A stretch of 32,000 bases of DNA from Gemmata obscuriglobus (GTDB taxonomy: Bacteria; Planctomycetota; Planctomycetia; Gemmatales; Gemmataceae). Positions 6,397 through 15,533 of the stretch are shown here, piece after piece. The notes under the pieces were generated by a model. That model had not been told where the DNA came from. It saw nothing but the letters and a program-made list of their open reading frames with translations, and did no database searches. The DNA lies in assembly GCF_008065095.1 (NCBI RefSeq), contig NZ_CP042911.1, forward strand, positions 4,320,001 through 4,352,000. Reading direction: 5' to 3'. Both the position numbers and the translations under genes were made by a program. How positions within the stretch are numbered: position 1 is the stretch's first letter; each line of letters begins with the position of its first letter.

Positions 6397-9285
6397 TCAG
6401 TTCGCGGAACCAAATTCGGCCATCGTTTGTGCGTCCGGCATCGCCCACAGCCTGATGAGGAAATCGTTGCCCTTTTTAAACGACCCGTCCGTGCTGACGC
6501 CGCCGCACGCGGTGAGGACCCATTTGCCGTCGGGGGAGAAGGTCGCGGACCAGAGGAAGTTGCTGTGCCCGCGGAACTGATACAGCTCTTTTCCGGTCCC
6601 CGCGTCCCACAACTTGGCGGACCCGTCGTAGCCGCCGGTGAGCACGTACTTGCCGTCGGTGGAGTGGCTTACGGTGGTGACGCCGTACGGGTGGGCGTCG
6701 AGAGTGTGGACGAGCCTTCCGGTCTCGACCTCGTACACCTTCGTTTCTTTCCCGCCGACCGCCACCAACTTGCCGTTTGGAGAGACGGAAAGGCAGTCGG
6801 CCCAGTTCCCGGACGCGCGGAACTGACGGACCTCCTTTGCGGTATCGAGTTCCCACATCCGTACCACGCCGTCCCGCCCGGCGGACAGTGCGTGCCGCCC
6901 GTCCGGGTGGAACGCCACCCGCCGAACCAGTCCGGTGTGGCCGGTGAACGGCTTTAACTCCTTGGCGGTTTCCGTGTCCCAGAGGCGGGCGGTTTTATCC
7001 GCCCCGCAGGTCAGAACCTGTTTGCCGTCGTGTGAGAAGGCGACTCCGTGTACGGCGTCCGCGTGCCCCCGGAACTTGCGCACCACTTGACCCGTTGAGG
7101 CATCAAGAAGGTATGAACTGTGGTCGTCGCCCGCAGCAAGAACGAACTTCCCGTTCGGCGAGAACGCGACCATCGCGACCTGTGTCGGGAGGTCGATCTT
7201 GAGTGTTTCCTGACCGGTCGCGGTGTCCCACACGCGCACCGTTTTATCGCCTTCCGGCCAGTTGCCGCCCGACACGATCCGGTTGCCGTCGGGTGAGAAT
7301 ACGGCCGCGTGAACCGCCCCGGTGTGACCGGCGAGCACCCGAACCGGCCCCGGCGCGTCCGCGCGCCAGCGCTTGAGCACCTTGTCCTGCCCCACGGATA
7401 CCAAGCCGGCGCCGCCCAAAACCGCGCATCCGGTCACCCCGCCCGGGTGCGCTAGGGCGTTCATGATTGCCGTTCCGGTCGTCGCGTCCCACACGCGCAC
7501 CGTGCCGTCGGCCCCACCGCTCACCAACCCGTCGGGTCCGGTATAGCTGACGCACACGACTTCGTCGGTGTGTCCCCGGAGCACGATCAACTCCTTGGCC
7601 TCGCTGACGCTCCACACCCGCACCGTACCGTCCTCGGAACCCGAAGCCAGCGTCTTGCCGTCCGGCGAGAACGCGACCCCGCGCACCGAACCCTGATGTC
7701 CCGGCAGTGCGGTTAAAAGCGCTCCGGTCTCCGCGTTCCACAACTTGACCGTTCGGTCGCTCCCGCCGGACGCAACCGTCTTGCCGTCGGCGGAGAAGGC
7801 GACCGCACGGACCGACCCGCGGTGGGCGTCGATCGAACGTATCTGTTTACCGGTTGCCACGTCCCACATGCGAACCGTTTTGTCGTACGCGCCGGTTGCC
7901 ACGGTCTTGCCGTCCGGGCTGAACGCAACGGCGTAAACCCAGTTCGTGTGCCCTTTCAGGACCGCAAGTTCTTTGCGGGTTACGCTGTCCCACAACCGCA
8001 CCGTCTTGTCCGCGCTCCCGGACGCGAGCGCCCGACCGTTTGCGGAGAACGCGAGACAGGTCACCGCGTCCTCATGGCCCTTCAAATCGCCCAGGTGTTC
8101 ACCGCTCCGGGCGTCGCGGAGCGTGACACCCTGTTCCTCGGTCGCGACCGCGACGAGTGAACCGTTTGGTGCGGCCGCCAGGGCGAGGGGGGTGGGCAGG
8201 TCGCGCGGCAAAGGGTCCTGTTGAAGCATGGCAAGTTCCTTGCCACCCGCCAGATCCCACACCTTCACCGCTCTCCGCGTTCCGCCCGTCACGAGAGTTT
8301 TGCCCCCCGGAGCGAGCGCGACCGCGCGACAGGTTCCCGGGGGTGTGATCAGGGTGGAGAGTGATTTTTGCGTTGCCGTGTTCCAAACATAGATTGTTCC
8401 GTTACCGAACAGACCGGCGATAATATCGCCGTTAAAAGCGAACGCTACACCGTCAAACGGCACGTCGGGTCCCGCAAGTACGGCCCGTTCCGTTCCGGTT
8501 GCCAGATCCCACAGCCGCACCTGGGTCGATCCCCCGCCGGTGGCGATCGTTTTGCCGTCGGTGGTGAACGCGGCGGTGAGGACGAACCCAGGACCGGTGT
8601 CGAGTTTTGTCGTCAGCCGCTGGGTGGGAACGTCCCAGACGAACACTCTACCCCGACTGGTCATGTTCATGGCCTGTTCCGCACTGCACGCGACGAGCTT
8701 TTTGCCGTCCGGGGAGAACGCCACGCTGGACAGTCGTCCCGTTGCTCCGGGTAGCTTCACCAACTCGTCGCCCGTTGCGGCGTCCCAGAGCTGGACCGCT
8801 GCGGCCGCGGTGCCTGTGGCGATGGTCTTTCCGTCGGGGCTGAATACGGCGCGGGTGCTGTCGTTGAGCTTGAGGCTGAAGACGGCTTCGCCAGTGTCGC
8901 CCTCGACCAGCCGCGCTTCGGGATCGGTCCCGGCGATCAGCACGCGGCGGCCGTCGGGCGAGAACGCGACCGAGTTGGGCGGCAGCCGCAGCGCCAGCGT
9001 GAACAGCTCTTTCTTCGTGTCCAACTCCCGGACCGCAACGAACCCGCCCGACGGGCTGGTCGGGCCGCCGTAGGCGACCCGCTTTCCGTCAGGCGAAACG
9101 GCCAGGGTGTGGACCTCACCGCTCGAGCCGGACAGCGGAACCGGCGTCGGGTGGAACCGCGGGGCTCTGCTTGGAGCGGGGGCCGCTTTCGCAGGTGCGC
9201 TCTTGGCTTGTTTCGGTTCGTCCTGTGCGGCCGAGGCGAACCCGACCGCGAACGTGACCGCGAGCCACACCACGCCGTATTTCAT
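6397..9285 (-). CDS. secreted WD40-repeat protein, about 21 blades (three predicted 7-bladed beta-propellers)
   Basis: 962-aa ORF. ATG at 9285 is preceded by GGGAG. Signal-peptide-like N-terminus MKYGVVWLAVTFAVGFASAAQD. I count 21 repeats of the [VA]AFSPDGK..[AS]GG ... VR[LV]WD type. Confidence 0.9.
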   Translation of the reverse strand: MKYGVVWLAVTFAVGFASAAQDEPKQAKSAPAKAAPAPSRAPRFHPTPVPLSGSSGEVHTLAVSPDGKRVAYGGPTSPSGGFVAVRELDTKKELFTLALRLPPNSVAFSPDGRRVLIAGTDPEARLVEGDTGEAVFSLKLNDSTRAVFSPDGKTIATGTAAAAVQLWDAATGDELVKLPGATGRLSSVAFSPDGKKLVACSAEQAMNMTSRGRVFVWDVPTQRLTTKLDTGPGFVLTAAFTTDGKTIATGGGSTQVRLWDLATGTERAVLAGPDVPFDGVAFAFNGDIIAGLFGNGTIYVWNTATQKSLSTLITPPGTCRAVALAPGGKTLVTGGTRRAVKVWDLAGGKELAMLQQDPLPRDLPTPLALAAAPNGSLVAVATEEQGVTLRDARSGEHLGDLKGHEDAVTCLAFSANGRALASGSADKTVRLWDSVTRKELAVLKGHTNWVYAVAFSPDGKTVATGAYDKTVRMWDVATGKQIRSIDAHRGSVRAVAFSADGKTVASGGSDRTVKLWNAETGALLTALPGHQGSVRGVAFSPDGKTLASGSEDGTVRVWSVSEAKELIVLRGHTDEVVCVSYTGPDGLVSGGADGTVRVWDATTGTAIMNALAHPGGVTGCAVLGGAGLVSVGQDKVLKRWRADAPGPVRVLAGHTGAVHAAVFSPDGNRIVSGGNWPEGDKTVRVWDTATGQETLKIDLPTQVAMVAFSPNGKFVLAAGDDHSSYLLDASTGQVVRKFRGHADAVHGVAFSHDGKQVLTCGADKTARLWDTETAKELKPFTGHTGLVRRVAFHPDGRHALSAGRDGVVRMWELDTAKEVRQFRASGNWADCLSVSPNGKLVAVGGKETKVYEVETGRLVHTLDAHPYGVTTVSHSTDGKYVLTGGYDGSAKLWDAGTGKELYQFRGHSNFLWSATFSPDGKWVLTACGGVSTDGSFKKGNDFLIRLWAMPDAQTMAEFGSAN

Positions 9286-9401
9286 CGGGACTCCCTGGTA
9301 GGTCGACTTCGGAGGTCCGGTACGCGCCGCCCACCCGAATACGTTTCACCCGCGGGAACCTATCGCGTGAAATCCGTTCCGTTACAAATCGCACCGGGCG
9401 G

Positions 9402-11663
9402 TTATGGACCGGCCGGTGCGCGAACGGGCCACATCCGAATCACGGACGTGTTGTCGGCATCGGGCTTCTCCCGTTTGCTCGGCCCGCCACAGCCGGCCAG
9501 GACGTGCCTACCGTTCGCGGTCAGTGCGACGGACCACGCGGGGCCGCCCGTGGCGGCCCGCAACACGAGCGCGCCCGTGCGCGTGTGCCAGACGCGCACG
9601 AACCCGTCGGGGCCACAGGTTGCGACGGTCGTGCCGTCCGCTGAGACCGCAACGGCGGTCGAGGGCGTCACCCGTCCGTCGCGGAGTTCGGCGAGCCGGT
9701 GCCCGGTTTCGGCGCTCCAGACCGCCCCGCCGAACGGGTCCGCGGTAACGATCTGCTTTCCGCCGTTCGTGAACGACACGCCCCAGGCGAGGTCCGTGCC
9801 AAGAATGAGTGCGAGACGCTCGTACCCGGTGCTCGTGTCCCAGGTGCGCAGCGCCCCGTCGAGGCCAACGGTGGCGACCGTCTTGCCGTCCGGCGCGAAC
9901 GCGATCCCGCGGCACGGGCGCGGCTCGTGGGCCGTGATCGTCAGCCCGACCCGACCGGTGGCGGGGTCCCACATCCGGACCCGCCCGCGCGCATCGCCGA
10001 TTGCGATCCGGCGGCCGGTCGGGTCCGGTGCCACACACGTGACGGCAACCCGGTCGGCCCTCAGGCGCACGAGCTCCGTTTCCGAATCCCACTCGTAGAT
10101 GCGCACCGTTCCGTCGATAAACCCGGCGACGATCGTGTGCCCGTCGGCGGTAAGTGCGACGCACTCGGCGCGGACCCCGCCGGCGCGAATCTGGTGCGTC
10201 CGCTTCCCGGACGCCGTACTCCAAAGCCGAATGGTCCCGTCGTCTTTGGTTAACGTGCTGCCGACGGAAACGAACCGTGTGCCGTCCGGGTGGACCGAAA
10301 GGCCGGAAATAGTTCCGTGGTGCCCTTCAAAGACCATCGCCGGGGCCGGATCGTCGGGCGGTTCTGGAGGCACCGCGGGCGGAAGTGGGGGAGGGCTGTC
10401 GCCCGGATCGGTCGCCGTGATTTCCGGGGGATCGCTCCGCGGACGGAGGGCCAATGCGGTTGCGAACAGCGCGAGCAGAGCGGTCACCCCGGCGCCGGCC
10501 CGAATGCGCCATTTGCTGCGGCGCGGCGCGAGGTCCGGCTGTTGCATCCGGATGAGAACCGCCCGGAGTTCCGCAGCGACCGTTTCCGCGGTCGGGAACC
10601 GGTTTGCCGGATCTTTCGCCAGGAGCCGCTGCGCGACGGCGGCCAGGTCGGGCGGAATGTCCGGGTTCAGCGTGCGAATGGGCGCCGGGGTGGCCGTCAC
10701 CGTGAGATGCATGACGCCCAGTGAGGTCGCGGCGCGGAACGGCGGGCGCCCGGTGCTCGCGGCGTAAATCACGCAGCCGAGTGCGTAGAGGTCCGCCCGG
10801 TGGTCCACGAGTTGGCCGGTGGCTTGTTCGGGGGCCATGTAATCCGGCGTGCCGGCGATCGTGCCGTGCTGGGTGGTGCCGGCGTCGTCGACCGCGCGGG
10901 CGAGCCCGAAGTCGGTGAGTCGCGCGCGCCCGACCCCGTTCTCGAGCAGAATGTTGGCTGGCTTCACGTCGCGGTGGACGAGGCCCTGGGCGTGGGCTGC
11001 GGCCAGCCCCGCGGCCACCTGCAGCGCGACGCGCGCCACGTCCTTCGGGTCCAGCGGGCCGTCGCGGTCGATCCGCTCCTGGAGCGACGGCCCGGGTACG
11101 TACTCCATCACGAGATACGGCAGCCCGTTGGACTCGTCGACCGCGTGGATGCTCACCACGTGCTCGTGGGCGACGGCCGCCGCCGCCCGCGCCTCGCGCA
11201 AGAACCGCTGGCGGGCGGTGCCGTTCGCCGCCCACTGTGGCGCCAGCACCTTGACCGCGATCACGCGGTTGAGCGCGCGGTCCACCGCGCGGAACACCAC
11301 CCCCATCCCGCCGCGCCCGACCACCTCGAGCACCGGGTACGGTCCGACGGCGCCGAGCGCTTCGGGGTGGTCCGTCGGGAGCAGGAAGTCCAGCGACAGG
11401 TTGCGGGGCGGAACGGCGAACATGTCCGCCGCGGTCGTGAGCCGCGTGAGCGCGTCCAGCAGTTGCCGCAGGTGCGGCGGCCGCTCCGCGTCCGCGGCCG
11501 GCGGCGACCGGAGCCACGCGCAGTCCCCGGCCGCGAAACACTCGAGCGCGTGCTGGCACCGCGGGCACTGCGCCAGATGCTCGAACAGGTCGCGGGGCGG
11601 ATCGCGTCCGTCGAGGAGTGTCGGGAGCCGGACCGACTCCGGGCACGCGAGCCGATCGACCAT
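9402..11663 (-). CDS. Hanks-type Ser/Thr protein kinase with N-terminal zinc anti-sigma-like motif, one TM helix and a C-terminal 7-blade WD40 domain
   Basis: 753-aa ORF. N-terminal region has C7 ... H29-LAQ-C33-PR-C36 (HxxxCxxC). Kinase motifs: GRGGMGVVF, VIAVKVL, HRDVKPANILL, DFGLAR, GTPDYMAPE. TM segment AGAGVTALLALFATALAL, then a Pro-rich linker, then seven WD40-like blades. The ATG at 11663 lies 1 nt after the sigma gene stop. Confidence 0.9.
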   Translation of the reverse strand: MVDRLACPESVRLPTLLDGRDPPRDLFEHLAQCPRCQHALECFAAGDCAWLRSPPAADAERPPHLRQLLDALTRLTTAADMFAVPPRNLSLDFLLPTDHPEALGAVGPYPVLEVVGRGGMGVVFRAVDRALNRVIAVKVLAPQWAANGTARQRFLREARAAAAVAHEHVVSIHAVDESNGLPYLVMEYVPGPSLQERIDRDGPLDPKDVARVALQVAAGLAAAHAQGLVHRDVKPANILLENGVGRARLTDFGLARAVDDAGTTQHGTIAGTPDYMAPEQATGQLVDHRADLYALGCVIYAASTGRPPFRAATSLGVMHLTVTATPAPIRTLNPDIPPDLAAVAQRLLAKDPANRFPTAETVAAELRAVLIRMQQPDLAPRRSKWRIRAGAGVTALLALFATALALRPRSDPPEITATDPGDSPPPLPPAVPPEPPDDPAPAMVFEGHHGTISGLSVHPDGTRFVSVGSTLTKDDGTIRLWSTASGKRTHQIRAGGVRAECVALTADGHTIVAGFIDGTVRIYEWDSETELVRLRADRVAVTCVAPDPTGRRIAIGDARGRVRMWDPATGRVGLTITAHEPRPCRGIAFAPDGKTVATVGLDGALRTWDTSTGYERLALILGTDLAWGVSFTNGGKQIVTADPFGGAVWSAETGHRLAELRDGRVTPSTAVAVSADGTTVATCGPDGFVRVWHTRTGALVLRAATGGPAWSVALTANGRHVLAGCGGPSKREKPDADNTSVIRMWPVRAPAGP

Positions 11664-11664
11664 G

Positions 11665-12267
11665 TCATTCCTCCTCGGCGGCCTGGACGAACTGCCGGAG
11701 CCGCGCCAGCACCCGGCTCTTTGCGAGGTACACGGCGGCCACCGACAGGCCGAGTTCCGCCGCCACCTGTTGCCCGGCGCGGCCGAGCACCGCGGTCTGG
11801 TGGAACGCCTCCCAGGTGGCCGGTTCGACCAGCGGGCGGACGTGCCCGCACGCGCGGGCGAACAGCTCCCGCCGCCACTCCTGCTCCCACGCGGCTTCGA
11901 GCGCGTCCTCGTGCGCCGGCACCTCTTCGAGCGGTACCGGCGCCGCGCCGGGGACGCGCGCGGTGAGGCGCGCGGCGCGGGCGGTGCCCCGGCGAAAGGA
12001 GTGGACGTGGTTGCGGGTGATCTGAAACAGCCAGGCGCGAAACCCGCCCCGCGCGGGGGTGTAATCGAACCGGGTGATGGCCCCGACCACCGAACGGAGG
12101 ACCTCCTGGGTGAGGTCGGCGGCGTCCGCGTCTTGCAGGCCCGCCTTGCGGGCGAACCCGAACACGACGGGCGCGTACAGCCCCACGAACTCGGCCCAGG
12201 TCGCCCGGTCGTTACGGTCCCGGAGCCGACCGACGAGGCTGGGGCGAGTCGGCGGACCCGCGCTCAT
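11665..12267 (-). CDS. ECF-type RNA polymerase sigma-70 family factor
   Basis: ORF 11665..12348. The preferred ATG at 12267 is preceded by GGAGGTG with a 6-nt spacer. Region 2-like DLTQEVLRSV and FRAWLFQITRNHV; region 4 HTH-like QQVAAELGLSVAAVYLAKSRVLARLR. Confidence 0.9.
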   Translation of the reverse strand: MSAGPPTRPSLVGRLRDRNDRATWAEFVGLYAPVVFGFARKAGLQDADAADLTQEVLRSVVGAITRFDYTPARGGFRAWLFQITRNHVHSFRRGTARAARLTARVPGAAPVPLEEVPAHEDALEAAWEQEWRRELFARACGHVRPLVEPATWEAFHQTAVLGRAGQQVAAELGLSVAAVYLAKSRVLARLRQFVQAAEEE

Positions 12268-12387
12268 CAATTCACCTCCGAAGTTCGGTACCTCGGATAG
12301 GATACGCCGGAAACCCTGAGAGTTATCGCCGTGATCGGGCGCACGCACCAGAACATGTGGTCGGAGTGCGTCAAAGGCCAGACGCCG

Positions 12388-13668
12388 TCAGACGTGTCGA
12401 AGGGCTTCTACCGGGTCGAGCCGGGCCGCCCTGCGGGCCGGAAGGACACCAGAGATTAGCCCGACCAGGAGCGAGACCCCGAACGCCAACAGAGGGGACC
12501 AGACCCGAATGATGGCCGGTAGCCCGATCAGCCCGCTCATCGCGAACGACAGCCCGACCCCGAGTACCACCCCGACGATTCCGCCGCAGCACGACAGGAG
12601 GACCGATTCAGCCAGGAACTGTGCGGCGATGTCGCGCTGCTTCGCGCCGAGCGCGCGGCGGATGCCGATCTCCCGTGTGCGCTCGGTCACCGTGGCGAGC
12701 ATGATGTTCACGATCCCGATGCCGCCGACCACCAGCGAGATGCCCGCAATCGATCCGAGGATTAGCGTGAACAGCCGCTGCGTCTCCTCGGCCTTGCGCA
12801 GCAGGTCGAGCGGGACCGTGACGACCACGTCCTTCCGCGGGTGGTACTGGTCCAACAGGGACTGAATGGCTTTGGCCGTCCGCGGCACGTCGGCCACGTT
12901 CCCGACCGTGATCGTCATCTGGCTGATCTCGAGCCGTTCGACCGAGTACGATCCGGCCTTGAGGGTCATCAGCTCGCGCCCGAACCGGACCCGGTCGGTC
13001 TGGAACGGGATGAACACCACCTTGTTCAAATCGGCGTCCCCGCCGTCGGCACCGGCGGCCAGCGTTTTCGGGGCGATCACCCCGATGACGGTAAACGACC
13101 GTTGCCGATCGGGGCTCTCCACGGTGAGGGCTTGACCCAGGGGGTTCTGGGCCGGGAACAGGGCCTCGGCCGCGGCGGACCCGAGGACCGCGACCGGCGC
13201 GAACGCCTCTTCGTCGGCCGCTTCGACGCCCCGCCCGGACGCCATGCGGATGTTGTGCTGACGGAGAAAATCGGAGGTCACCCCGATCACCCGGGCTTCC
13301 ATTTTCTTGTCCAGGTGGCGGACGGTCTTTCGGTACTCCCGCATGGGGGTCGCGTTCGACACGGTCGGGACGGTCGTGCGGATCCGCTCCAGGTCCCGGA
13401 ACGTGAGCCCGTAGGCGAGCAGGTCCACTCCCTGTCTCTGGGTCGGCTCGTCGGTCGGCTTCACGCTCCGCAGAAGGATGGTGGTCGCCCCGAGGTCTTC
13501 GAGCTGTTTGATCGCCTGATACCGGGCCGCCTCGCCGACGGCTAGCATGACGATCACGGACGCCACCCCGAGAACGATGCCGAGCGTCGTTAGCAGCGTC
13601 CGTAGCCGGTGCGCGGCGAGGCTTCTGAGGCCGAGCTTGAGCGGGTGGGTGAACCGGGAGGGGAGCAT
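12388..13668 (-). CDS. MacB/DevC/LolC-type ABC transporter permease (FtsX domain), no fused ATPase
   Basis: 426-aa ORF starting at ATG. TM1 (LRTLLTTLGIVLGVASVIVMLAV) is followed by a ~230-aa periplasmic domain, then three C-terminal TM helices with REIGIRRALGA (FtsX-type motif). No Walker motifs. Confidence 0.85.
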   Translation of the reverse strand: MLPSRFTHPLKLGLRSLAAHRLRTLLTTLGIVLGVASVIVMLAVGEAARYQAIKQLEDLGATTILLRSVKPTDEPTQRQGVDLLAYGLTFRDLERIRTTVPTVSNATPMREYRKTVRHLDKKMEARVIGVTSDFLRQHNIRMASGRGVEAADEEAFAPVAVLGSAAAEALFPAQNPLGQALTVESPDRQRSFTVIGVIAPKTLAAGADGGDADLNKVVFIPFQTDRVRFGRELMTLKAGSYSVERLEISQMTITVGNVADVPRTAKAIQSLLDQYHPRKDVVVTVPLDLLRKAEETQRLFTLILGSIAGISLVVGGIGIVNIMLATVTERTREIGIRRALGAKQRDIAAQFLAESVLLSCCGGIVGVVLGVGLSFAMSGLIGLPAIIRVWSPLLAFGVSLLVGLISGVLPARRAARLDPVEALRHV

Positions 13669-13826
13669 AAGGGCGGCTCAACGCGAGGGCACGCGGAGGT
13701 TGCAACGCGATTCGGTCGCGTCTCGGGCCACCCGAGAGACGGAGCCGAACAGTTCACACAACTGAGAACGGCAGGGAACCCATTGCGCGGGAGCCGCTTC
13801 CATCTCGCACGCAGTCTCGTTGATGA

Positions 13827-13862
13827 GTTTACACCGGCCTGCGTGGGCTGGCGGGTGTAAAC
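13827..13862 (-). promoter_or_regulatory. intercistronic hairpin between the adaptor and permease genes
   Basis: gtttacaccggcc (13827-13839) pairs with ggcgggtgtaaac (13850-13862) at 12/13 positions around a 10-nt loop, 30 nt after the adaptor stop. No U-tract follows. A second small hairpin, tctcggg-cca-cccgaga, lies at 13721-13737. Confidence 0.3.
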
Positions 13863-13892
13863 TCCGCGGTTCTTTGTGCCCGCCCGGGGCCG

Positions 13893-15533
13893 TCACTTCG
13901 GGGCCGGTGATCCGAGCGCGGCGGTTGGCGCGGGTGCGGACCCGGACCCGGTGCTCAACTCGGCCGCGGCTCGGTTGCGGGCGTCGAGGGCGACCCGGTC
14001 GCCGGCGGCCAGTCCGGTGACCACCTGGATGAGCTGATCGTTCCCGTCCCCAATAGTCACTTCCCGCTGCTCGACCTTGTTGCCGGTGGCGACGTAGCAG
14101 ACGTGCTGGCCACCGACCTCGGTCACCGCCTGGACCGGAACGGTCAGCGCGCCGGGCACCGTCTTGACCAGGATCTTGACCTCGGCCGACATCCCCGGCC
14201 GCAAACCCGCTTCGGTCGGCATGTCCTCGATTGAGATGGTCGTTTCGTACTCCTTCACCCCACCGCCGCGCCAGTCGTCGCCTTGGGCCAGGGTGGCAAC
14301 GGACATGACCTTGCCGCGGAGCACCTGACCGGGCAGGGCGTCGATCTTCATGGTGCAGCCCAGCCCGGCCTTGACCTTCTTCACCACCGTCTCGTGGACC
14401 TTCATCTTGACTTTCATCTGGCTCAGGTCCGGGAGCGTGAAGATCGGCTGCTGGAAGAACACCTGCCCGCCCGGGCGGATCCGGGCCGATTCGTCCCACG
14501 GGCGCTTGAAGTAGATGACGATGCCGGGGGCCGGGGCTTTCACCTCGCACTTTCCGAGCTGGTCCCGGAGGCGCTCGAACTGCCGCTTCTCCAGGTCGGC
14601 GGTTTTGCGGGCGGCGGTCACCTCGCTGGCCGCCTTCTCGGTCGCCGCGGCCTGGCTCTTCTTCGTCCGGTCGAGGTCGCGGACGGCGTCCTTCGCCTTG
14701 GCTTCCAGCTCAGTCGTCTTCCGCCGCTTGGTGTACTTGGTGAACAGGAGCAGGTCCGCCTCCCCTTGTTGGACGGCGTACCTTTTCTGCTCGTGGGTCA
14801 GCTCGACGATCCGGATCTGTTCCAACTGGGCGAACCCTTTTTTGACCATCCCGCGGGTGAACTCCAGGTTGTCCTCGGCCTCCTTGAGTTCCTTTTTGGC
14901 GAGTTCCAGAGCACCTTTCTTCTTGTCCAGCTCGCCCTTGTATTCGGCGTCCAGGAACGACTCCCGGTCGATGTCCGCGAGAACGTGGGCGAGTTCGGCC
15001 TTCGCGATCTCGCCCTCGGCTTTGTTCCGCTGCACCTCCAGTTCGCTGATCGCGGCTTTCACCTTTCCCTCGGCCTGCTCCCACTTCACTTCTTGCTCGT
15101 TGATGGCTTTCTGGAGCGCGTCGGTGTCGAGCCGGGCCACCACGTCGCCCCGCTTGACCACCGTCCCTTCGGGCAGGATGGTGGTGATCTTGCCGCCCCC
15201 CTCGACCTCGCAGATCACCTGGACCGCCTCGGAACTTTCCAGCTCCCCCTTGTCGGCCACCGCGATTTCCAGATCCCCAACGGTCGCGGTGGCGGTCAGC
15301 ACGTCGTCGACGTGCCGGCCGGGCAGAAATTGCCGGGCGGCCAGCCACCCGACGGCTCCGACGACCGCGGCCGCCGCCGCGTATCGCGCCGCACGCGCGA
15401 GCCGGCCGGACTTACGGGCCGACCGGGCCGGGGGCAGTGATCGGCCGGGGGGCTGGGGCGCCGGGGAGCCCGGGGGCAGCGGTTCCGCGGCCGTTGCGGT
15501 CGTCGGAGCGGGCAGGGGGTCTGGGCTGCGCAT
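13893..15533 (-). CDS. HlyD/MacA-type periplasmic adaptor (membrane fusion protein) with long coiled-coil hairpin
   Basis: 546-aa ORF. The ATG at 15533 is the only ATG/GTG/TTG upstream of the TM anchor (AAAAAVVGAVGWLAA). The order is lipoyl-like segment (GGGKITTILPEGTVVKRGDVVARLD), a long heptad-rich region, then beta-barrel/MPD-like C-terminal segments. Confidence 0.85.
   Translation of the reverse strand: MRSPDPLPAPTTATAAEPLPPGSPAPQPPGRSLPPARSARKSGRLARAARYAAAAAVVGAVGWLAARQFLPGRHVDDVLTATATVGDLEIAVADKGELESSEAVQVICEVEGGGKITTILPEGTVVKRGDVVARLDTDALQKAINEQEVKWEQAEGKVKAAISELEVQRNKAEGEIAKAELAHVLADIDRESFLDAEYKGELDKKKGALELAKKELKEAEDNLEFTRGMVKKGFAQLEQIRIVELTHEQKRYAVQQGEADLLLFTKYTKRRKTTELEAKAKDAVRDLDRTKKSQAAATEKAASEVTAARKTADLEKRQFERLRDQLGKCEVKAPAPGIVIYFKRPWDESARIRPGGQVFFQQPIFTLPDLSQMKVKMKVHETVVKKVKAGLGCTMKIDALPGQVLRGKVMSVATLAQGDDWRGGGVKEYETTISIEDMPTEAGLRPGMSAEVKILVKTVPGALTVPVQAVTEVGGQHVCYVATGNKVEQREVTIGDGNDQLIQVVTGLAAGDRVALDARNRAAAELSTGSGSAPAPTAALGSPAPK

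Noticed and set aside
9321-9347. ECF-type promoter-like GAAAC-N18-CGTA on the minus strand upstream of the big WD40 gene
   Set aside because: The spacing is longer than the usual AAC-N16/17-CGT. No matching motif was found upstream of the sigma gene itself (12268-12387), where autoregulation would be expected. It is indistinguishable from chance by eye.
13669-13892. Remnant of a deleted ABC ATPase gene between the adaptor and the permease
   Set aside because: I translated all minus-strand frames of the 224-nt gap and saw no Walker A/B, Q-loop or signature fragments. The gap is also far too short for an NBD.
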